A stretch of DNA of 46,444 bases, taken from a virus. Taxonomy: Duplodnaviria; Caudoviricetes. Position numbers and translations under genes: made by a program. Where the stretch lies: positions 1-46,444 of IMG/VR virus record IMGVR_UViG_3300027732_000038; one strand, given 5' to 3'. This document shows positions 12,501-19,499 of the stretch, one piece after another (within the stretch, counting starts at the first letter, position 1; every line of letters starts with the position of its first letter). Under the pieces are notes generated by a model. It had not been told where the DNA came from, ran no database searches, and was given only the letters and a program-made list of their open reading frames with translations.

Positions 12501-12837
12501 CAAATATGTCACTAAGAAAGTTAATCTTGCAAATCCATCTAATTTCTTAAGAATTAACTTTGCTGCTAATCTTCCTGCCGAAGCAACAATTGAAATTTGG
12601 TATAAAACTAATGAAGTTGGTTCTACTACACCTTTTGATAATAAATCTTATAACCAAGCAACAATAACATCTGCTATTCCAACTTCTTCGAACGAAACAG
12701 AAGAATTTTATGATGCTTCTTACTCTTTAGATAATTTAACTGCTTTTGATGCTGTTCAAATTAAAATTGTTATGAAATCATCTAATAGTTCTCAAGTGCC
12801 TAGAATTAAAGATCTTCGTGTGATTGCATGCGTATAA
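6505..12837 (+). CDS. Large virion structural protein, VrlC/DUF4815-like
   Basis: N-terminal PYYDDFNESKRFLRILYRPGFAVQARELTQMQTILQNQI, plus APGAHR, RTYDESGDY, RYTMRDIGKLEKRI, DPLAQTF, GSLFKSQN and C-terminal PRIKDLRVIA, all hallmarks of this family in aquatic T4-like phages. Confidence 0.85.
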   Translation: MALDFNTEPYYDDFNESKRFLRILYRPGFAVQARELTQMQTILQNQISRFGNHIFKEGTMVIPGAIGIDNKVKYVKLEPSYAGVLSDTVIEEFNGLIIENTAGVKAQVIYYVTSSGADAGALYIRYINSGDDSVTKTFSDSDTLTNLAGTNLAGDTIAAGTYTVQTATSSSTGTGSLSTIQQGVYYIKGHFVLVPEQTIILDKFTNEPSYRIGLVTTEEIVTSEDDGTLYDNAQNSFNYAAPGAHRYYIDAVLTKLALDSTADTDFIELIRVGEGKTQKLVNKTEYSVIEKEFASRTYDESGDYTVKNFEIDVREYRNNDRGAWTSGRVFLIGDVVTNSSKTYVARNSGTASSSTPPTHTAGLVFDGSVSGVGTSGVQWEYNETPYYNRGVYTPGTTENLATQQINEAQLAIGLEPGKAYVQGYEIEKPSTEFVTIQKARDFVAVENAVIPATVGNFILVTNINGAPGISTMTQVSLYDRVTSSVGTIPSGGTVVGTARVRLMEYHNGTIGAQTAIYKLGLFAVTMNTGYDFNRDVKSVFHVGSSNDANLNFSADVESTTAVGSGVLVRLIGSATAATSTTVTGTGTSFQTDLKVGDYIFLGTALRRVTAIASQISLTIDSSATVTGVTIDRVETELKEPENTALIFPFPYFAIKDVSDTVYTVYETFTSSVSAGSISISTSSGSFASAAETDNYTVIDADATSGGAIVAATAVPSGSNATLTVSTGLNGRNVFVIAAVNKSGASLTEKTKTLVSADTVSFTTQATAQVTELLLGHADGYRLVSVKMKSGTFASPGATFDIDISDRFIWDSGQRSTHYDQARLILKNSYAPPEAPIQVTYDYFTHGTGDYFTKDSYPATIQYGAIPNFQGISLRDVIDFRPRINDAGTGFTSTGSSVTLLPKRGIDVTTDFEYYLARKTKIAIDFGGKFFAIDGVSSLNPGEPLDPALGLVLYNLTLEPYTFATTNTNVQINRMDNKRYTMRDIGKLEKRIDNLEFYTSLSLLEQQTESLDIIDADGLNRFKNGFIVDNFSGHNTGDTTSPDYLNSIDMEKAELRPFCVTQNINLIESVSSDNDRASANYKLYGDVITLPVVADLPLITQAYASRLENINPFAVFTFLGDVRINPSSDDWFETDRRPDLVIDIEGNFNTIKNLAEKAGVLGTVWNAWQTQWTGAPISTGRVVYTAGTNWASGQGQVRISVAEMNARFGGAANHDNARQVTVEQTATQVGQNRTGIKTTLVEKIDRQVVGDRVLSTAAIPYIRSRNILVQIQKVKPNTRFYPFFDGIDISAHVTPASKIIYTPTGANIAAKLVTHNKFDTETNVGSNATATARRIGGDSQVCLNRGDIITGGTSAATAVVVGKDYNIDEGTFALYVVNIQGTFSTSETITASNPLGYAVAATGTVGAITTKALGGTLISNFNGDVQLLFNIPNTESLRFRCGSRELKLVDVTTANGAFTSRARANYHAEGILETKQRTVHAVRNAELATEPLEDNQVITQTSDRVVADTGWWDPLAQTFLIEQKGGCFLSKVDIFFATKDTAIPVTLEIREVVNGYPGKRVLAFSRVTLKPEQVNISANTVLLDDVNVNSYDTPTTFTFPSPVYVQENAEYAIVLGSDSNNYKVWISQVGDLMPGTARTISEQPYLGSLFKSQNASTWSADQTQDLKFTIYRCQFETGVNSNVEFDNDALTTVRLEPAPFETRAGVAKVRVYHTNHGIPSGSFVTISGVSANVNGIAFAGFNTTHTISDVDLDSYCITLGSNATSTGYSGGSLVKATRHIQFDAIQPMIQLQSFSDTPVRFGFKGTSGKSVDSTTQSAYVQDANYIGVLANETNYFESPKMIASELNEADSSFGLSGDKSAKLNIVMSTTNDAVSPIIDTHRLSLIAIGNKVNNPSETNLNVASLDYNVLLSNATGVTISGSTITTATQQAAFKTATVGKFLTIAGASSGTSTKLITAVATDGTSITFDSAPTAITGNATLTQREKFVSELAPSESSTYSKYVTKKVNLANPSNFLRINFAANLPAEATIEIWYKTNEVGSTTPFDNKSYNQATITSAIPTSSNETEEFYDASYSLDNLTAFDAVQIKIVMKSSNSSQVPRIKDLRVIACV

Positions 12838-13067
12838 TGTCAGGTTTTGTTAAAATACAAAACAAGGATGGTCTTTTAAGAGATATGTCCAGTGGTGCAG
12901 TAATAAATACAAATAGAACTGATTATGAAAATTACTTACAAAGAAAAAACGCTAGTAAAGAATTACATCAACAAATTAAACAAAACTCTGATAAAATAGA
13001 AAAAATAGAATCAGATTTAGATGAGATAAAACATATGCTCACCATGCTTATTAAGGATAAACAATAA
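12837..13067 (+). CDS. Small conserved hypothetical protein with C-terminal coiled coil
   Basis: The start at 12837 is preferred because of TAATG coupling. LLRDMSSGAVINTN followed by a heptad-like C-terminus is typical of the small gene following VrlC-like genes. Confidence 0.7.
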   Translation: MSGFVKIQNKDGLLRDMSSGAVINTNRTDYENYLQRKNASKELHQQIKQNSDKIEKIESDLDEIKHMLTMLIKDKQ

Positions 13068-14281
13068 TGGCTGTAATCGTACTCCGCAGTGTTAAGGGTA
13101 GTCCGCTTTCGATTGCAGAAGCAGACGCTAACTTTAACAATTTAAATACTGAAGTTGGAACCAAACTAACAGCCACAGACTACACGGCAGGTGATGTTTT
13201 AACTAAAATTAAAACAGTTGATGGTGTTGGTTCTGGTTTAGACGCTGATTTACTAGATGGTTTAAATACCAGCAGTTCTGACACTTCAGGTAATACTGTT
13301 GTTATAAGAAATAGTGGTAATTTTTCCGCAAATACTATTACTGCTAATTTAGTTGGCAATATTACTGGTAATGTCACAGGTAACTTAACTGGATCTGTGA
13401 CTGGTAATGCAACCAATGTTAGTGGTGTTATTGCAATTAACAATGGTGGTACTGGTGCCACAACTGATACTGCAGCTAGAACTGCACTCGGTTTAGGAAC
13501 TATGGCAACGCAAGCTGCAAATAATGTTACTATTACTGGTGGATCAGTAACTCTAACTAGTGCCTTGGCTATCGCTTCTGGTGGTACTGCAGCTACATCT
13601 GTAAACCAAGCAAGAACTAACTTAGGTTTAGTTATTGGTTCTGATATTCAACCATTCTCTAATAACTTAACAGCAATTGCTGCTGTGACAACGCACGGGT
13701 TTTTTGTTAAGAACACTGCAGGAACTGCTCTAACAAGAAGCATTACAGCTGGAACTAATATTTCTATCACTGATGGTGATGGTGTTGCTGGTAATCCAAC
13801 AATTACTGGTTCTTCAAGTCCATCTGTAGATTATATTGTTAAGACTGGAACTAATGGTTCTGGTGATATTGGACAATCTGCAAACAGATTTGCTGTAATT
13901 TATGGTACTAGCACTTCTGCTCGATACGCTGACTTGGCAGAAAAATATACAACTGATCAAGAATACGATCCAGGAACAGTTATTGTGGTGGCATCTGCAG
14001 GTGATGCTGAGGGCACTGCTTCTTATACTACTGGTCAAAGAGTGCTTGGTGTTATTTCTACAAATCCAGCATTTATCATGAACGATGAATTAGATGGACA
14101 AGCAATTGCACTTCGTGGTCGTGTTCCAGTTAAAGTTGTTGGACCAATCCGTAAAGGACAAGCACTAATTTGCAATCAAGATGGCAAAGGTGTCCATGGT
14201 GATACCATTAATAGTTTTGCTATCTCTTTAGAGACAAATGAAGAATACTCTGTTAAACTTGTTGAATGTGTGATTTTATAA
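13067..14281 (+). CDS. Tail fibre protein with C-terminal intramolecular-chaperone-like domain
   Basis: N-terminal KGSPLSIAEADANFNNLN, GSGLDADLLDG and GGTGAT...ARTALGL fibre repeats. C-terminal ARYADLAEKY...GVISTNPAFIMN...ALRGRVPVKV resembles Peptidase_G2-like chaperone domains. Confidence 0.75.
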   Translation: MAVIVLRSVKGSPLSIAEADANFNNLNTEVGTKLTATDYTAGDVLTKIKTVDGVGSGLDADLLDGLNTSSSDTSGNTVVIRNSGNFSANTITANLVGNITGNVTGNLTGSVTGNATNVSGVIAINNGGTGATTDTAARTALGLGTMATQAANNVTITGGSVTLTSALAIASGGTAATSVNQARTNLGLVIGSDIQPFSNNLTAIAAVTTHGFFVKNTAGTALTRSITAGTNISITDGDGVAGNPTITGSSSPSVDYIVKTGTNGSGDIGQSANRFAVIYGTSTSARYADLAEKYTTDQEYDPGTVIVVASAGDAEGTASYTTGQRVLGVISTNPAFIMNDELDGQAIALRGRVPVKVVGPIRKGQALICNQDGKGVHGDTINSFAISLETNEEYSVKLVECVIL

Positions 14282-14287
14282 TGCTTT

Positions 14288-15367
14288 ATGACAACTCAAC
14301 CAATTGTCTTTCATAAGACAAATGTATCTCTTTCAGATATACTAATCCCAAAAGACTTAGTGGTCTATCTCAAGACCACTGAGACTTGCCAATTAAATTG
14401 CCAACACTGTTTTACAAATGGTACCAACGGCAAGAAGATATACTTTAATCCCCAGAATACAGTAGAGTGGTTTGAACGACTCCACGAAGAATGTCCATCT
14501 TTCAATGGTGGGAATATTACATTCCATGGAGGAGAACCATTCCTTGCTCCGCTAGACGACATGTACTATGTATGGGATAAGGTATCTAAACTATTCCCCA
14601 ATCTTAACTGGTCTTGTTCTACAAATCTTTGTTTCAATTTAACAGAAGATCATATGCAATTTTTCAGAACTGTTCTAAAGAATGGATTCTGCACTTCTTG
14701 GGATAAAGGTATTCGATTTGAAAATGATAAGCAAGAAAAACTCTGGCGAAAGAATCTGCAAACTGTAGTAGATGCTGGACATAATATCACTCTAAATATT
14801 AGTCTTAATAAACAACTAATGGAGATGAATACTACTGAGTTAGTTCTATGGCTCAATACTCTAGGTGTTAATTGGGTGCAGTTTGAACGATTAACTCACG
14901 ATGGTTCAGCTTTGGTAAATACTCATATATTTCCTGCAAATAAGGATCAAGACGACTGGTTTGTTAGAATGCATGAAACCTATCAGACAATAAAACCTAA
15001 ATATAAAGATGTCCTACTAGAAGGTGTGTATTCTTCTATAACTAAGGGAATACATGGTGGAGTTAGATGCAGAGATTGTGAACAGAAAATCTTTACAATC
15101 AATGCCGATGGAACTGTGGCTGGATGTCCAAATGCTGCAGTTGGTAATGGGTTTGGAGATATATCTCAGCCCATTAGAACTCTACTCTCCGCCAGAGGAA
15201 GAATAAATAACATTACATGCGAGGTAGAAAGAGATCCTCGTTGCTATACCTGTGATGTATTTGATATCTGTAATAGTGACTGCCATCAGTTAAGGTGGCA
15301 AGAAGATATCTGTGCAGCACCAAAAACACTAATGCAAAGGTTAAAGAATGACAACAGCTGGCGATAG
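14288..15367 (+). CDS. Radical SAM enzyme with SPASM domain (rSAM-1)
   Basis: CxxxCxxC (CQLNCQHC), FHGGEP, and C-terminal CRDC...INADGTVAGCP plus Cx2Cx5Cx3C (CYTCDVFDICNSDC)...C. Confidence 0.93.
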   Translation: MTTQPIVFHKTNVSLSDILIPKDLVVYLKTTETCQLNCQHCFTNGTNGKKIYFNPQNTVEWFERLHEECPSFNGGNITFHGGEPFLAPLDDMYYVWDKVSKLFPNLNWSCSTNLCFNLTEDHMQFFRTVLKNGFCTSWDKGIRFENDKQEKLWRKNLQTVVDAGHNITLNISLNKQLMEMNTTELVLWLNTLGVNWVQFERLTHDGSALVNTHIFPANKDQDDWFVRMHETYQTIKPKYKDVLLEGVYSSITKGIHGGVRCRDCEQKIFTINADGTVAGCPNAAVGNGFGDISQPIRTLLSARGRINNITCEVERDPRCYTCDVFDICNSDCHQLRWQEDICAAPKTLMQRLKNDNSWR

Positions 15368-15863
15368 TATAACAAAAGCAAATATTACTGCTTCTATGGA
15401 AGCACTCAAATCCTATAATAATAGTATTGTTTGGCACAGCGGTAATCAACCTTTTCAAACAAATATTACTGGTGGTGATGCTACTGGTTATGCAACTCAA
15501 AATTATGCGAGTGAAATCTCAGATACTACTATAACTGCTTCTACTATTACAACAAACTTTAGAGCATATGCTGTATTATTATCTAGAATTAGAAGCGTTC
15601 GTTTAAAAAAATGGTATCAAAATCAAGGTGATGTTAGATCTTCACTTCAGTCTGATGAAACGAATATTACTAATTTACAAGATAGTTATAAAGTAGATAT
15701 GACTGGTGGTCCAGCTTCTGATAATATTATTGATGCTTCTGATTTAGATGATTTTGTTAGTGCATTATCAACTGCAATTAATACTAATAGAACAAATACT
15801 GTTCTTATTGAAGAATTTTACTGCCACAGTAATTGTCATGGGTCTTGCCACGGAAGCATTTAA
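15348..15863 (+). CDS. Putative substrate/precursor protein with C-terminal Cys-His repeat (CHSN-CHGS-CHGS)
   Basis: 171 aa with a T/S/N/A/I-rich, Cys-free body. All three Cys lie in the last 13 residues. It overlaps rSAM-1 by 20 bp. The substrate role is inferred. Confidence 0.7.
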   Translation: MTTAGDSITKANITASMEALKSYNNSIVWHSGNQPFQTNITGGDATGYATQNYASEISDTTITASTITTNFRAYAVLLSRIRSVRLKKWYQNQGDVRSSLQSDETNITNLQDSYKVDMTGGPASDNIIDASDLDDFVSALSTAINTNRTNTVLIEEFYCHSNCHGSCHGSI

Positions 15864-16624
15864 TGTACACTATACCATTTGATTCTGAAACTTTAAGAAG
15901 TATTATAACAGGAGATATTAAATCACCTGAGATTGACTATACTAATTCAAAAATTAAAGGTAAAAACTTTATAACATATTTGAGTAATCTAAAATATGAA
16001 AACCTTAATATTGATTTCTCCAGCGTTTCTATCGAAGAGCGATATGAATTAGTTTGTGAATTTATTAAACACAATTCAACTTGTCATATTGAGCAGTTAG
16101 AAGCAACAATGGTTAAATGTTTGTTTCACTTTAAAGGATATAATTTATCTTTAGTCGATAAATCTGAAGATGATAAATCATTTTTAGGAAAATGTATTCT
16201 TTCAAATGAAGAAATAGAACACTTTGTAAAAACCAATAGTGATTTAATTAAACAGTTATGTGAATTGTTAGATGGTGTGTTACTATATGCAATTAAAAAT
16301 TTAACTGCATACAAAGAATCTGCTGGTGATTCTGTGACAAATAATACTATTATTGAAAAACAAGATATCGGTAAAACTTTTGTTAATCTATTCGATAATC
16401 CTACATTTAACTTTCACTATTACGGAACTCTGATAATTTTTGATAATATGAAATACTTTGATTACTATTTTGATAGACCAATTTATTCGGGTAAAACACT
16501 AATCAATTTTATATCATCACCAAATTGTTTTATATTTCCACTGTTAAAAATGATTTTAGATAAACAATTTACTCCAGAACAATTAAACTCAATAAGCAAA
16601 GAACTCGATGCTACACTTATTTAA
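15863..16624 (+). CDS. Hypothetical protein (cassette orphan A)
   Basis: Long ORF. The start at 15863 (MYTIPF) is preferred over 15833 because of the TAATG overlap with the previous stop. No recognisable motif. Confidence 0.75.
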   Translation: MYTIPFDSETLRSIITGDIKSPEIDYTNSKIKGKNFITYLSNLKYENLNIDFSSVSIEERYELVCEFIKHNSTCHIEQLEATMVKCLFHFKGYNLSLVDKSEDDKSFLGKCILSNEEIEHFVKTNSDLIKQLCELLDGVLLYAIKNLTAYKESAGDSVTNNTIIEKQDIGKTFVNLFDNPTFNFHYYGTLIIFDNMKYFDYYFDRPIYSGKTLINFISSPNCFIFPLLKMILDKQFTPEQLNSISKELDATLI

Positions 16625-17489
16625 TTCCTGTTATGTATATCCTATGGATCTATTTGATCCAACAAAAAATCATGTGGTGGTTGGAGCAGAGCATTTAAAT
16701 AAACCAACTATAACAAATAGTTTTTATTATACTAACTCAGTACCAAAAGATGCATTAGAACGATTCGATTCTTTCGAGTCTTTTGCAGCTAGCAATTTAT
16801 TAGAACCAGCGTTAAACAATAAAGACTTGTTTGTAATATATGCAGATAATGAAAATTTTATTAAGTTCTTTACAGCAAAATTAAAAACTCAAGTTGAATA
16901 TTTAACTAAAGAATTTTTCTTGGATGCTGCAAAATTGTTTGCAGTTCGTTTAAACACAAGAGCAAAATTAATACAATCCGAATCGATTAAAGTAAATATA
17001 AAAGTTTTAGCAGATATATTCATGGCATTAGAAGATATCCCTAATATTAATAAATTTAATGTATCACCAAATTGGGTTAGATATAATGCTGGTATTGAAT
17101 GGAAACTTGCAGCAGAAGATTATAGCACTATTGATAATGTTGTTAATCATTATGTGTATTCATTCTTTGAAGAAGCAAGAGCCAAATATCTTTCAAGAAA
17201 ATATCATGTAAATTCATGGGCAGTCGATCCAAACAATAAACAATTTGGAACAGTTTTTTCGATAAAACATTTATACATGGAAATGAGAAAGGAATTTAAT
17301 ACCTTTACAGATCCTACCATTTTAAAGTATTATGAATTAAACAATATTAGAGAAATGGTGAAAGATCCATTATTTTTATTGTTATTATCAGCTAATAAAA
17401 ATATGGGAGATAAAATTGATATTTGGTTGTTAAGATGGTTGTTGAAAATGCCAAAACAACAAATTCTCCAGATGGGTCTACTAACATGA
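16608..17489 (+). CDS. Hypothetical protein (cassette orphan B)
   Basis: 293-aa ORF overlapping both neighbours. Its N-terminus MLHLFNSCY resembles that of the next gene. Confidence 0.75.
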   Translation: MLHLFNSCYVYPMDLFDPTKNHVVVGAEHLNKPTITNSFYYTNSVPKDALERFDSFESFAASNLLEPALNNKDLFVIYADNENFIKFFTAKLKTQVEYLTKEFFLDAAKLFAVRLNTRAKLIQSESIKVNIKVLADIFMALEDIPNINKFNVSPNWVRYNAGIEWKLAAEDYSTIDNVVNHYVYSFFEEARAKYLSRKYHVNSWAVDPNNKQFGTVFSIKHLYMEMRKEFNTFTDPTILKYYELNNIREMVKDPLFLLLLSANKNMGDKIDIWLLRWLLKMPKQQILQMGLLT

Positions 17490-18472
17490 TTTTTTTATTC
17501 GACAACTGCTATCTCTCAACTACAAATCATATTGTAGAAAATTCTAAACAAATATGGATCGGCAATCATCCGAATCTCGACAAACTTGCATTTGATATTT
17601 ACAAATCCTATACTGATATTACACCAGCCAAATTAAATGAATTATTTGTAGATATTCATGAAAATCTCTCTACTGTAAAAACTATAATTTACTGCGATAT
17701 TGAATTTTTTCAATATGTATATTCAATTTTCTTTAATGGTATATTGAGTAAAGCTGGTGTTCTTGAAATGTATTCTTATGATAGATTAAAAGAGAACTTT
17801 GGTTTAGGCACGCATAATTATGGACTGCAAGTTACTGGCTTGCGAGAAATTAATATTGTTGAATTACCAGAAGAATTAGAGTGGACAAGATCAAGTTCAG
17901 AGTTTTCTGCTTCTTTACAGTATACAAGAGTTGAATTAGAATACGCTTCTGCTCTACAGGGAGATGCAGATTCTATGGCTTTTTGTATAGATCGTGTTAA
18001 TACAATGTATGATGGCTCACCTGGATTTTGGTTAAAATTTGCTGAACAAACTCTTCCAGCCATTATGACTGATGATCAGTATACAATTGAAAATTTAACT
18101 AATCCAGAATTTATTCAATCTTATCTAACTAAATTTGATATCAATGAACTGATGCCAGTCGATGACATTCATGATACAATCAAACAAATTTACGGATATG
18201 ACTATGGTAAACATTTCTTTACAGTAGTCAACAATACACCAGAATATGATGACATCGTTAATTCTATTAAAGGATTAACAAAAACACAGTTAGTTGAAGA
18301 TTACATACTCGATCCAGTTTTTGCATCTCAACATCAATTAGTATTCCCAAATCTTTCCAACTTTGATTCTGTTAATCCAATTTTTTGGAATGCTATTTTA
18401 CAGAACAAAGACAATACAGCATGGCTTATAAAGTATAAAGTGACACATGGAACTGATAATCAAACCAACTGA
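17486..18472 (+). CDS. Hypothetical protein (cassette orphan C), probable distant paralog of orphan B
   Basis: The start at 17486 (MIFLFDNCY) is supported by an ATGA overlap and by similarity to the orphan B N-terminus. Confidence 0.75.
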   Translation: MIFLFDNCYLSTTNHIVENSKQIWIGNHPNLDKLAFDIYKSYTDITPAKLNELFVDIHENLSTVKTIIYCDIEFFQYVYSIFFNGILSKAGVLEMYSYDRLKENFGLGTHNYGLQVTGLREINIVELPEELEWTRSSSEFSASLQYTRVELEYASALQGDADSMAFCIDRVNTMYDGSPGFWLKFAEQTLPAIMTDDQYTIENLTNPEFIQSYLTKFDINELMPVDDIHDTIKQIYGYDYGKHFFTVVNNTPEYDDIVNSIKGLTKTQLVEDYILDPVFASQHQLVFPNLSNFDSVNPIFWNAILQNKDNTAWLIKYKVTHGTDNQTN

Positions 18473-19499
18473 GTTATGTAATTTTAAGTGTTCATTTTGC
18501 TCCTCAACCAAATTAGTCGAAGACAAAGCAAGCACTCTTGACCTACAACATGTTTTTGACTTTCTAAAAAGATTCCCAAATACAAACACAATTATTGTCA
18601 ATGGTGGAGATCCATTGATGGTAAAACCAGAATACTATTTTGCAATTCTGGAGTATATTGAGGAACACAATCTCATAACAACAATAGGGTTAACGACTAA
18701 TCTTTGGGCATTCTATAAGAAACCAGAGATGTGGACACCTTTGTTTAAACATCCAAGAGTAGGAGTTACAACAAGTTTTCAATATGGATTTGGTCGTAAG
18801 ATTAACGATAACCGAGTATATACTGAAAAAGACTTTTGGAATGTTAGTGATTTATTTTTAAAAGAAATTGGTTATCGTCCAGGTTTTATTGCAGTTATCT
18901 CTGAAGAAAATGAAAAGCATGCAATTAAACATGTAGAGTTAGCCAAGAAGATGGATGTTCAATGTAAATTGAATTATGCTATGGCTTCTGGTGAACAGGA
19001 TAAACCATATCGCCTAAGTAAGATATATGAAGCATACATAGAAGTGTATGAGAAAGATCTTTGGCACTGGGAATTTAATACTAAACAGATGATGACTCGT
19101 CTGAATAATATTGCCAATGTATGTCCTCAAGCAAGAAATTGCGATGATCATATAAGAGCATTAAATCCAGAAGGTGATTATTATTCTTGTGGAGCCATGG
19201 GTGATGATAAAGAATATCCAATTAACTTTGTAAAGGAAGTTAAAGAAGGTGGGTTTATTACACCACTACAAAATGCTCCAGAGTTATATTCGCTAAAGGA
19301 TGAGTGTATCGGTTGTCCAATGTTTGCAATTTGTAATGGGTGTAAGAAAACAATTAAAGATTTAAAACACCATAATATGGTTGAAGAGCACTGTGTTCAT
19401 ATGAAACAGTTGGCTCCAAGAATTATTAAGATAAACAGTGAAACAGATTATGTTGAAGCCAGTCAAAAAATCCATAAAAATATCTTACTTAACAATTGA
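18447..19499 (+). CDS. Radical SAM enzyme with SPASM-like domain (rSAM-2)
   Basis: IKPTELCNFKCSFC (CxxxCxxC), NGGDPL, and C-terminal CPQARNC...NPEGDYYSCG plus CIGCPMFAICNGC...HC. Confidence 0.93.
   Translation: MELIIKPTELCNFKCSFCSSTKLVEDKASTLDLQHVFDFLKRFPNTNTIIVNGGDPLMVKPEYYFAILEYIEEHNLITTIGLTTNLWAFYKKPEMWTPLFKHPRVGVTTSFQYGFGRKINDNRVYTEKDFWNVSDLFLKEIGYRPGFIAVISEENEKHAIKHVELAKKMDVQCKLNYAMASGEQDKPYRLSKIYEAYIEVYEKDLWHWEFNTKQMMTRLNNIANVCPQARNCDDHIRALNPEGDYYSCGAMGDDKEYPINFVKEVKEGGFITPLQNAPELYSLKDECIGCPMFAICNGCKKTIKDLKHHNMVEEHCVHMKQLAPRIIKINSETDYVEASQKIHKNILLNN

Noticed and set aside
15822-15860. CHxxCH read as a c-type heme-binding motif
   Set aside because: Heme c attachment needs CxxCH; the spacing here is CxxxCH, and no signal peptide is evident.
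14288-19499. rSAM genes as NrdG, QueE, MoaA or a sulfatase maturase
   Set aside because: Both carry C-terminal SPASM-type Cys clusters absent from NrdG and QueE, and no nrdD, que, moa or sulfatase genes are nearby. A non-peptide substrate still cannot be fully excluded without a search.
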